Assembly (NCBI GenBank): GCA_001821765.1
Contig: MHOA01000002.1
Span: 3,141-67,140, forward strand
DNA length: 64,000 nt
DNA from: Candidatus Ryanbacteria bacterium RIFCSPLOWO2_12_FULL_44_26
GTDB lineage: Bacteria > Patescibacteriota > Minisyncoccia > Ryanbacterales > HO2-45-13
Direction: 5' to 3'
Position 1 is the first letter of the stretch. Every line of letters begins with the position of its first letter. Positions 56,776 to 64,000 of this stretch are shown here, in pieces. A program made the translations under genes and the position numbers. Below the pieces are notes generated by a model. The model did not search any database. It was given only the letters and a program-made list of their open reading frames with translations, and was not told the DNA's origin.

Positions 56776-57209
56776 TATTGTTCTAAAACGCTTCCACCCG
56801 CTTTTTTCACCTTGCTATCGGCAGATTTGGAGAGCTGACAATGCTCAACAAGAAGTTTCTTAGTCAGCTTTCCTGAACCGAGGAGTTTTATGGTAACTGA
56901 TTTTTTAAGATTTCCACGAATAAGGCCTTTTGCCCGAAGCGTCAGTGGAGTAACTTTCTCTCCGTTATCATATTTTGCCTCAAGCGCTCCGACATTCACT
57001 ACAGCGGCTTTTGCTTTAAACCGTTTCATCCGATAACCTTTTTTTTTCGGAATCCGTTTTATTACATCACGGACGGCCGGGCGAATACGTCTTCCTGCGC
57101 GGGATTTTTGACCCTTTATGCCCCGTCCGGAATATGTTCCCCGCTTTCCCCCACGCCCTACACGGACTTTTCTGCTTTTTTTACTTGGTTGAAGGTTGTG
57201 CAATTGCAT
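56775..57209 (-). CDS. rplO: Ribosomal protein L15
   Basis: MQLHNLQPSKKSRKVRVGRGGKRGTYSGRGIKGQKSR. Confidence 0.9.
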   Translation of the reverse strand: MQLHNLQPSKKSRKVRVGRGGKRGTYSGRGIKGQKSRAGRRIRPAVRDVIKRIPKKKGYRMKRFKAKAAVVNVGALEAKYDNGEKVTPLTLRAKGLIRGNLKKSVTIKLLGSGKLTKKLLVEHCQLSKSADSKVKKAGGSVLEQ

Positions 57210-57312
57210 ACAAAGTAAAGAAATTTCAACTACTTACAATCAATAATATATGCTTCACTTACATCTGCTTTGCGCTGGACGCCATTTGTTGTACAAGCAT
57301 GTAGTCGACACA

Positions 57313-57795
57313 TCACTTGGAGGGATGGTTTTTCAGCGGCTGTAATCTTTTCAGGGCCTCTAACACAGCTCTGGCATTGTTTAACCTGTTTGTTGATCGC
57401 GAAGTAATCTTTGCCGTAGCATCTTCAACGCCCGCAAGTTCCAACACCACCCTTACGGCGCTTCCGGCAACAAGGCCTCTGCCGAACCTCCCGGGCTTCA
57501 GTATGAGGGCGCTGGAACCGTATTTAGCAGAAACATCATGCGGAATGCTTTTGTTTGAAGTGAGTGGCACTGAAATAAACGATTTTCTTGCCAGTCGCAG
57601 TGCTTTGTCAATAGCAAGTGAGGTGTCTTTGCCTTTTCCAATTCCAACACCGACTTTTCCTTTTCTGTCACCTGCAACAACGGTTGCGCGGAAACTGAAC
57701 CGTCTCCCGCCCGAAACAACTCTTGCAACCCTTCGCATATCCACTACCTTGTATTCAACGTCGCTTGTTTCTTTTTTTGCTCTTGTTCTTCTCAT
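57313..57795 (-). CDS. rpsE: Ribosomal protein S5
   Basis: VVSGGRRFSFRATVVAGDRKGKVGVGIGKGKD; start at the internal MRRTRAKKE. The ORF track's N-terminal extension overlaps rplR. Confidence 0.85.
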   Translation of the reverse strand: MRRTRAKKETSDVEYKVVDMRRVARVVSGGRRFSFRATVVAGDRKGKVGVGIGKGKDTSLAIDKALRLARKSFISVPLTSNKSIPHDVSAKYGSSALILKPGRFGRGLVAGSAVRVVLELAGVEDATAKITSRSTNRLNNARAVLEALKRLQPLKNHPSK

Positions 57796-57799
57796 AATA

Positions 57800-58171
57800 T
57801 TAAAACTGAAGTCCCGTTTCTCGTGCGCCTTCTGCAACCGCTTTGACACGACCATGATAAGCGTAAGCGCCTCTATCAAAAATAACACTCTTAATCCCAA
57901 GATGCAGAGCTTTTTTTGCAATTTGTTCTCCAATAAGACGCGCTTGATCAGTTTTTGTTTTTATTTTCTCTCTGCCTTTTGCTGTCAACACGCTTCCCGC
58001 TGAAGCTAGCGTATAACCTTTCTCGTCATCAATAAGCTGGGCTGTGATATATCGCAAAGAGCGATGCACTGAAAGGCGCGGCCGCCTCGCGGTGCCATGG
58101 ATTTTTGAACGCACCCTTTTCTTGCGTAAGAAGATCTGGTTGTGGTTTTTTCCTTTGATATGTCTCCTCAT
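57800..58171 (-). CDS. rplR: Ribosomal protein L18
   Basis: MRRHIKGKNHNQIFLRKKRVRSKIHGTARRPRLSVHRSLRYITAQLIDDEKG aligns with the L18 N-terminus; the upstream extension in the track was trimmed. Confidence 0.85.
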   Translation of the reverse strand: MRRHIKGKNHNQIFLRKKRVRSKIHGTARRPRLSVHRSLRYITAQLIDDEKGYTLASAGSVLTAKGREKIKTKTDQARLIGEQIAKKALHLGIKSVIFDRGAYAYHGRVKAVAEGARETGLQF

Positions 58172-58184
58172 GGTGGTTATTCTG

Positions 58185-58730
58185 CTACATTGTCGTCCCA
58201 GCCGCTCTTTTTCCGACTTTACGCCTGATAACCTCATTTTCATATTTGATTCCTTTTCCTTTATACGGTTCCGGTTTTTTAAGAGAACGGATGGAGGCTG
58301 CAACATTACCGACAAGCTCCTTGGAAATTCCAGATACAATAATAGTGTTTTTCTCCACCTTGAAGTCAACTCCACTGCGTGCCTTCACCACTATTGGATG
58401 TGAAAACCCGAGCTTGAGCTCCAGATCAGTGCCTTTGAGATTTGCACGGTATCCAACCCCTTCAATAACCAATCTTTTTTCATATCCTTTTGTGGCCCCT
58501 TTTATCATATTCTGAAGATGTGAACGGTAGGTTCCCCATAACGACACGATAAACTCATCGGTGTTTTGCGGAACTAACGTTACAGATTCATCCTTTATGA
58601 TAAAACGAATATCCGGTCGGACAGCTAGTTCAAGAACCCCTTTTGGTCCTTTGACCGTGATAACCCCTCCTTTAAAAGAAACATGAACGTCCTTGGGAAT
58701 TATGACAGGTTGTTTGCCAATCCGGCTCAT
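58185..58730 (-). CDS. rplF: Ribosomal protein L6
   Basis: MSRIGKQPVIIPKDVHVSFKGGVITVKGPKG. Confidence 0.9.
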   Translation of the reverse strand: MSRIGKQPVIIPKDVHVSFKGGVITVKGPKGVLELAVRPDIRFIIKDESVTLVPQNTDEFIVSLWGTYRSHLQNMIKGATKGYEKRLVIEGVGYRANLKGTDLELKLGFSHPIVVKARSGVDFKVEKNTIIVSGISKELVGNVAASIRSLKKPEPYKGKGIKYENEVIRRKVGKRAAGTTM

Positions 58731-58905
58731 GCTCAAAGCGTGCTGATCCGCCAGCGGGCGGGCAAGAATAATGTTATGTTATTGGGAATGATTGTGCTGT
58801 TTGTTGTCATATGTACTCTTGTAAAAAGTGTCATGATGTTCGTTTTTAACTTCGGTTTTCTATTTGGCGTTTTGTTATTTGATATTTATATCTGGCATTT
58901 GTCCG

Positions 58906-59298
58906 TTACCATATCTCGAACATCACTTCTCCGCCGAGTCCTTCACGAACGGCCTTCCTGTTGGTCATAAGTCCTTTGGAAGTAGAAAGAACAGAGATGC
59001 CGATGTCACTTTTTACGGGGCGCAATAGTCGCGTTTTTTGGTACATGCGCCTCCCGGGTCTGGAAACTCTCTTTATGCCGTGAATTGCTGGTTTTTTATG
59101 CTCATCATATAAAACGTCAAATTCAACGAAACGTTTGTCTTTCCTCCCGCGCTTCGTCACCTTTTTTACATATCCTTCTTCCTGTAAAAGCTTTGCTATA
59201 TTCCAAAGCAGCGCGGAATACGGAACAACGACGCTTGCCTTTCCAACGAGCTGCGCGTTTCTGATGCGTGTTAACATGTCACTTATTGGGTCAGTCAT
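58906..59298 (-). CDS. rpsH: Ribosomal protein S8
   Basis: MTDPISDMLTRIRNAQLVGK. Confidence 0.9.
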   Translation of the reverse strand: MTDPISDMLTRIRNAQLVGKASVVVPYSALLWNIAKLLQEEGYVKKVTKRGRKDKRFVEFDVLYDEHKKPAIHGIKRVSRPGRRMYQKTRLLRPVKSDIGISVLSTSKGLMTNRKAVREGLGGEVMFEIW

Positions 59299-59409
59299 AA
59301 GACATCATTAAAATTAAAAATGAAAAGTCAAAAATCCAAAGCTCATGCAACGTGCAAAAAGCACTATCGTTTCATTTTCATTGAGGTTTGTCATGTCGCA
59401 TGTACTACC

Positions 59410-59595
59410 TTACCAGCTCGATTTCTTTATGCCGGGCACATACCCTTCGTGTGCAAGCTCACGAAAACAAATCCTGCAAAGGTCAAAATCTCCCATATAA
59501 CCACGCTTACGGCCGCATCGAAAACAACGCCGCACTATGCGGGTTGTAAACTTCGGCTTCTTCTTTGCTCTCGCTATAACAGAAACCTTCGCCAT
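59410..59595 (-). CDS. rpsZ: Ribosomal protein S14, type Z (zinc-binding)
   Basis: 61 aa; CFRCGRKRG…CRICFRE is a C4 zinc ribbon. Confidence 0.85.
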   Translation of the reverse strand: MAKVSVIARAKKKPKFTTRIVRRCFRCGRKRGYMGDFDLCRICFRELAHEGYVPGIKKSSW

Positions 59596-59673
59596 GGTGT
59601 TGGTACAGTATACCTTCTTCTAAGATGCGAAGTCAAGCCGAAGACGTGGAGCAGCCTAAAATTTCCGGCACAT

Positions 59674-60225
59674 TTACTTTTCCTGACCCTCTTTCTGCAA
59701 AGGAAAACCAAACTGGCGGAAAAGTTCTATTGCTTCTTCCCTCGTTTTAGCGTTTGTAACAACAGTTATTTGGAGGCTAAAAATTTTGGAAATATCCTCA
59801 CCAATCGTCTCGGGAAAAATAATGTGTTCCCGTATGCCAAGGTTTAAATTACCGCTTTCATCAATATTGGAAAGAGGAATGCCTCGAAAATCACGCGTGC
59901 GTGGAATGGAAGCAAAAATCAGTTTTGAAAGAAATTCATACATACGCCTTCCGCGAAGCATGATCCGATACCCAACAATAGCGCCCGCTCTTATTTTAAA
60001 AGATGCGATAGACTTGTTTGTCGGTCGTTCCTGTGGCATTTGACCCGTGATAAGAGAAAGCATGTGTTTTATGCTCTCCCGCTCCTTGCGATCCTGTACC
60101 CGCCCTATACCGACATTGATAACAGCTTTTTCAAAGCGAGGAACCTCCATGACATTACCATAATGAAAATGTTCCTTCATGGCAGGAATGACTTTTTTCT
60201 TATAGTGGTCTAATAGTGTAAGCAT
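59674..60225 (-). CDS. rplE: Ribosomal protein L5
   Basis: EVPRFEKAVINVGIGR…GYRIMLRGRRMYEFL. Confidence 0.9.
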   Translation of the reverse strand: MLTLLDHYKKKVIPAMKEHFHYGNVMEVPRFEKAVINVGIGRVQDRKERESIKHMLSLITGQMPQERPTNKSIASFKIRAGAIVGYRIMLRGRRMYEFLSKLIFASIPRTRDFRGIPLSNIDESGNLNLGIREHIIFPETIGEDISKIFSLQITVVTNAKTREEAIELFRQFGFPLQKEGQEK

Positions 60226-60345
60226 GGTTATAATTTCTTATTACTCTAACTATTTTAAAATTATTCTCATTGGCAGCATGCGTGCGATCCGGATAAACAC
60301 CTCTTGCTTAAAACAATAAACAACAAAGCGGTGAAGGAGAAAATA

Positions 60346-60651
60346 CTATACAACACTCCCACATCTCTTGCAAATCCGTGACCTTCCATGTTCATGAACC
60401 TGGTAGGATAAACGTGCCGATTTTTTGCAGTTGGGACAGAGCAAACTCACGTTTGAGGCCGAAATTCGTCCCGGAATTTCAACAACCTGCCCCTTTTCGC
60501 CTGAACGGCGAGGACGAACATGCCGTTTTTTTATGTTTATCCCTTCAACAATAATGTTGCCCGTTTTCGGAAAGATGGAAATAATTTTCCCGGTTCGCCC
60601 CCTGTCCTTTCCTTTAGCGATATATACCATGTCACCTTTTTTTACTTTCAT
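60346..60651 (-). CDS. rplX: Ribosomal protein L24 with C-terminal zinc-ribbon extension
   Basis: MKVKKGDMVYIAKGKDRGRTGKI (KOW) followed by CPNCKK…CKRCG. Confidence 0.85.
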   Translation of the reverse strand: MKVKKGDMVYIAKGKDRGRTGKIISIFPKTGNIIVEGINIKKRHVRPRRSGEKGQVVEIPGRISASNVSLLCPNCKKSARLSYQVHEHGRSRICKRCGSVV

Positions 60652-60786
60652 GCCAAAAGTTCACTGCTCCGCCAGTGGGTAGAGAAAGATACCGTTGTTA
60701 TCAATAATGGTTCTCATTGCTGTTATATGTACTATGGTAAAAAAATAAACTGTAGTTACACACATACCTTTGTAAACAGATTTTCT

Positions 60787-61152
60787 CTATACAACTTCTT
60801 CCGCAAGCGATATAATCTTTCCAAAACCCTTTTCACGAAGCTCTATTGGTATTGGGCCAAAAATACGCCCACCGCGGGGATTAAATCCATCAACTACCAC
60901 CGCCGCATTTTCGTCAAACCGAACATAAGATCCGTCAGATCTGCGAACAGGAGCTTTTGTTCTGACAATAACAGCGCGCACCTTATCCTTTTTCTTAATC
61001 TGCTTGCGGGGTTCCGCTGTTTGCACAGAAGCAACAACAACATCCCCGAGATGGGCATACCGTCTCCGTGTTCCTCCTAAAATTTTAAATACCCGGATGA
61101 CTTTCGCTCCGGAATTATCTGCTACTTTTAACAGTGTCCGCGGCTGAATCAT
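60787..61152 (-). CDS. rplN: Ribosomal protein L14
   Basis: [17 protein letters not shown]. Confidence 0.9.
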   Translation of the reverse strand: MIQPRTLLKVADNSGAKVIRVFKILGGTRRRYAHLGDVVVASVQTAEPRKQIKKKDKVRAVIVRTKAPVRRSDGSYVRFDENAAVVVDGFNPRGGRIFGPIPIELREKGFGKIISLAEEVV

Positions 61153-61253
61153 AATAAGCAAAAATCAAAAACCAAATCTCGGAATGCAAAACGTTGGAAT
61201 TGTCCCTCAACGCGGGATACCTTTATACCGATATGTATACTTTGCATATTGTG

Positions 61254-61496
61254 CTATATCTTACTAACTACTTTCCACCGCTTATCTCTTGAGATCGGTT
61301 TTGACGCTTCAATAATCACCCTATCTCCAATATGATACTCATTTCGCTCGTCGTGCGCTTTATAACGCTTGCTCCGTTTCATAAACTTTTTATATAAAGG
61401 GTGTTTGCGAAGACGCGTTACCTTTACAACAACAGTTTTTTCCATTTTATCCGAAACGACAAGTCCTCGTAATCGTTGTTTATGTTTTTGTTCCAT
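61254..61496 (-). CDS. rpsQ: Ribosomal protein S17
   Basis: [19 protein letters not shown]…[27 protein letters not shown]. Confidence 0.85.
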   Translation of the reverse strand: MEQKHKQRLRGLVVSDKMEKTVVVKVTRLRKHPLYKKFMKRSKRYKAHDERNEYHIGDRVIIEASKPISRDKRWKVVSKI

Positions 61497-61680
61497 AATT
61501 GCTTTCTTTTAAAATGGTAAGGATACGCGCAATGGTGCGGCGAGAGTTTCTTGCGGACTTGACATTTTTGCTTTTCCCCTTCGCACTTTGGAAACGAAAA
61601 GCAGCAAGAGCTGTTTGTTCCTTTCGCAGTTGCTCATTAAGTTCTTTTGCTGATTTAGATCGAAGTTCTTTTGTTTTCAT
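61480..61680 (-). CDS. rpmC: Ribosomal protein L29
   Basis: [31 protein letters not shown]. Confidence 0.85.
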   Translation of the reverse strand: MKTKELRSKSAKELNEQLRKEQTALAAFRFQSAKGKSKNVKSARNSRRTIARILTILKESNYGTKT

Positions 61681-61833
61681 AATCCGCTCATCAACCTCTT
61701 ATGCTGCCGCGAATGATCCTTAACACTGTTCCCTCGCTAACCTAGCTTATCTTGTTGCTAATAATCTTTCATATCATTCGATAATGATTCGGGTTTTTAA
61801 TTCGGAAACAGATTAGAGATTTGGTAAATTCCT

Positions 61834-62247
61834 TTATGTTCGCGAAACGATTTTCGTTTTAACCGATAATTTTGAGCCGGCTCTTCTTAACGCTTCTTTT
61901 GCAATCGTTTCATCCACCCCATCAATCTCAAACAGTATCCGACCGGGCTTCACTGGAAACACAAACCCTTCCGGACTTCCCTTTCCTCCACCCATGGTTA
62001 CTTCAGGCGGACGTCTTGTAATGGGCTTATCCGGGAAGACACGAATCCATATTTTCCCTCCACGCTGCACATATCTCGACATCGCACGACGCGCCGCTTC
62101 AATTTGGCGACTGGTCAGCCATGTTGCTCCATCGCTCTTTAAACCGTACGATCCAAACGCAAGGCGCAATCCTCTTGTTTCCACCATACGCTTTCTGGAA
62201 CGGCCTTTTTGCCATTTTCTATGTTTAACTTTTTTTGGAAAAAGCAT
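61834..62247 (-). CDS. rplP: Ribosomal protein L16
   Basis: [26 protein letters not shown]. Confidence 0.9.
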   Translation of the reverse strand: MLFPKKVKHRKWQKGRSRKRMVETRGLRLAFGSYGLKSDGATWLTSRQIEAARRAMSRYVQRGGKIWIRVFPDKPITRRPPEVTMGGGKGSPEGFVFPVKPGRILFEIDGVDETIAKEALRRAGSKLSVKTKIVSRT

Positions 62248-62289
62248 ACCAATATAGACGATGAATAACTGATGCTGTATTGTAATCGA

Positions 62290-62976
62290 TTATTTGCTAT
62301 TCGTAGGTTTTTGGTTCTCGCCAAAAATCTCTCCTTTATAAATCCACACCTTAACGCCAATGGTGCCGTATGGTAAATGCGCCGTATCCCTTGCAAAATC
62401 TATGTTCGCCCGTAGCGTCTGGAGTGGAATTTTCCCTTCTCTGATCCATTCTCTTCTCCCCATTTCAGAGCCGTCAAGACGCCCCTTAAGTAAAATACGC
62501 GCACCTTCAACGCTGCGTGCACTCATCATCTTAGCTACATGCTGTTTTAATATCCGCCGAAACCTGATACGTCTTTCCAGATCCTGCACAATAAGCCGTG
62601 CAACCACACTTGCATTTGCTTCTGGGTTGCGCACTTCCTCAACAGCTATCTTGAAAGAAAAATTCGGGGAACCCAAAGACGCAGAAAGTTCCCGTGCTTT
62701 TTTTAAGATTTCTTTTTTAAGTCTTTCAATGCCTTCTCCTCCGCGCCCGATAAGCAAGCCGGGTCGGGGAGTACGAATAGTCAAACGAAACTCTCTGGCA
62801 GAGCGCTCAATCTCAATGGACTCCACCATATAATTCTTGAGCTTTTTCATCAACCACTCACGAAGTAGTGTATCTTCCTTCAAAAACTGTGCGTAGGAAG
62901 TACGATGAAACCACCGGGACCTCCAGTCACGATTGATGCCCAATCTAAAAACGTATGGATGAACATTATGCGTCAT
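62290..62976 (-). CDS. rpsC: Ribosomal protein S3
   Basis: MTHNVHPYVFRLGINRDWRSRWF…LLIGRGGEGIERL (KH domain). The track's 61-aa N-terminal extension was trimmed; the start overlaps the rplV 3' end. Confidence 0.85.
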   Translation of the reverse strand: MTHNVHPYVFRLGINRDWRSRWFHRTSYAQFLKEDTLLREWLMKKLKNYMVESIEIERSAREFRLTIRTPRPGLLIGRGGEGIERLKKEILKKARELSASLGSPNFSFKIAVEEVRNPEANASVVARLIVQDLERRIRFRRILKQHVAKMMSARSVEGARILLKGRLDGSEMGRREWIREGKIPLQTLRANIDFARDTAHLPYGTIGVKVWIYKGEIFGENQKPTNSK

Positions 62977-63313
62977 AAGAATCCAAAACCACCGTGATAT
63001 GGCTGGTCCGTTTTTTATACATTGTGGCGCGACCGTGGGCTCTGGGCATATATCGTTTAAAGGGCCTTCCCTCATCAACAGTGATTGTTTTGATGAACAT
63101 TTCTTCTTCCGGATTTTTAACCCCCGCGTTGTGCTTAGCATTCGCAACAGCACAGGCAACTAGTTTTTGAAGCGGTTTCGAAGAACGCTTGGCACGAAAG
63201 TGGAATTCTTGTTGAGCTTCAATAACCTTCATGCCTCGAACGCGGTCAGCAAGAAGACGCACTTTCCTTGGTGCTATATGAAGCGATTTTAACTGCGCCT
63301 TAACTTCCGTCAT
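62966..63313 (-). CDS. rplV: Ribosomal protein L22
   Basis: KAQLKSLHIAPRKVRLLADRVRGMKVIEAQ…. Confidence 0.85.
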   Translation of the reverse strand: MTEVKAQLKSLHIAPRKVRLLADRVRGMKVIEAQQEFHFRAKRSSKPLQKLVACAVANAKHNAGVKNPEEEMFIKTITVDEGRPFKRYMPRAHGRATMYKKRTSHITVVLDSYDA

Positions 63314-63478
63314 GCGATCTTTTTAAATGTTATGTGCCAAGTATGCGACACACGTATTGAAACGATACTACCATGTTTCGTACAGCGTTGCAATGTTTTA
63401 AGATCAGGTCAGCAACGGTAGCGTTCAAAACCGACCGACTATAAAAACCCGGCAACACCCGTGCATAAGGAAAAATCT

Positions 63479-63790
63479 TTATTGTTTCTGTGGTTTGGCT
63501 GCCTCGGTTTGTTTTTGTTCAATCTTCTTTTGCATTTTCCCGCCATGTCTTATAAACTTTCTTGTTGCGCTGAACTCTCCAAACCTGTGACCAACCATAT
63601 TTTCACTCACCTTTACTTCGATAAAATCCCTTCCGTTGTGCACGCCAAACGTATACCCGACCATTTCCGGCGAAATCATAGAAGCGCGCGACCATGTTTT
63701 TATAACCTTTTTCGTGTTAGATCCTGCCTGCTTTACCTTTTGAAGCAGTCTCGGATCCACATACGGCCCTTTTTTTGCTGAACGTGTCAT
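63479..63790 (-). CDS. rpsS: Ribosomal protein S19
   Basis: [19 protein letters not shown]…[13 protein letters not shown]. Confidence 0.9.
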   Translation of the reverse strand: MTRSAKKGPYVDPRLLQKVKQAGSNTKKVIKTWSRASMISPEMVGYTFGVHNGRDFIEVKVSENMVGHRFGEFSATRKFIRHGGKMQKKIEQKQTEAAKPQKQ

Positions 63791-63800
63791 AGTGCTTCGC

Positions 63801-64000
63801 TTATTTTTTCCTCTTTACTTTCGGGCGTCTGCTTACAATATACATATTAGAATACTTCTTTTTTCCTCTCGTTTTTACTCCTCTTACGCCCTTTCCCCAT
63901 TTGTTCTTGGGCCGCCTTGTACCTTGTGGAGCTTTTCCTTCTCCTCCTCCATAGGGATGATCTACCGGGTTCATGGCTGATCCTCTGACGGTGGGGCGTA
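63801..64000 (-). CDS. rplB: Ribosomal protein L2, C-terminal fragment running off the window
   Basis: Reverse-strand translation …[36 protein letters not shown]…KRKK* matches the conserved L2 C-terminus. The + strand ORF in the track here is antisense. Confidence 0.8.
   Translation of the reverse strand, partial: RPTVRGSAMNPVDHPYGGGEGKAPQGTRRPKNKWGKGVRGVKTRGKKKYSNMYIVSRRPKVKRKK

Noticed and set aside
63792-63980. 62-aa + strand ORF at the window end
   Set aside because: It is antisense to the clearly recognisable rplB C-terminus (…[13 protein letters not shown]…).
1-64000. CRISPR arrays, rRNA genes, tRNA genes, integrases/transposases
   Set aside because: Scanning both strands found no short direct-repeat arrays, no rRNA-like conserved blocks, and no convincing tRNA T-arm/acceptor signatures; the only GGTTCAATTCC-type match belongs to the tmRNA 3' end. 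No recombinase-like ORF was found.

Overview
This 64 kb window is a compact, almost entirely minus-strand housekeeping region. The gene content suggests a reduced genome, possibly from the Candidate Phyla Radiation (CPR/Patescibacteria); that placement is inferred, not shown by the sequence. Content from start to end: glyA (partial), a sugar nucleotidyltransferase, leuS, a TatD-family hydrolase, metG, an AI-2E transporter, an M16 peptidase, glyQS, a large repeat protein, ileS–recO, a cyclophilin, DoxX, a CcdA–VKOR–DsbA disulfide cluster, nrdG–nrdD, argS, purD, tmRNA–smpB, a second M16 homolog, infC–rpmI–rplT (+ strand), polX, a family-4 UDG, a permease, a LOG-like protein, a beta-CASP RNase, ndk, a ComEC-like MBL protein, rnhA, recJ, pgk, tpiA, DedA, galT, a GT2 glycosyltransferase, a large discoidin/PA14/Ig-like surface protein, ruvX, map, adk, secY, and the spc/S10 ribosomal protein cluster rplO…rplB, which has no L30 gene. 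No CRISPR array, rRNA or tRNA was seen.
The observations most worth a second look are:
(1) ileS carries a roughly 195-aa internal insertion with all three hallmark motifs of a histidine-phosphatase (PGAM-family) domain.
(2) A divergently transcribed cluster of uncharacterized membrane proteins includes two tandem 87-aa paralogs that share a C-terminal HGDxxHPLFFE(K/R)W motif.
(3) The ribosomal protein operons contain unusually long spacers (100–170 bp) that carry a recurring sequence motif just upstream of several r-protein start codons.
(4) An unassigned structured RNA of about 350 nt with an intrinsic terminator lies downstream of polX.
(5) A roughly 210-bp structured element bounded by 21-bp perfect inverted repeats lies next to an uncharacterized W-rich protein.
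(6) infC appears to use a non-canonical (AUU/AUA) start codon.
All calls come from reading the sequence and ORF translations; no searches were run.
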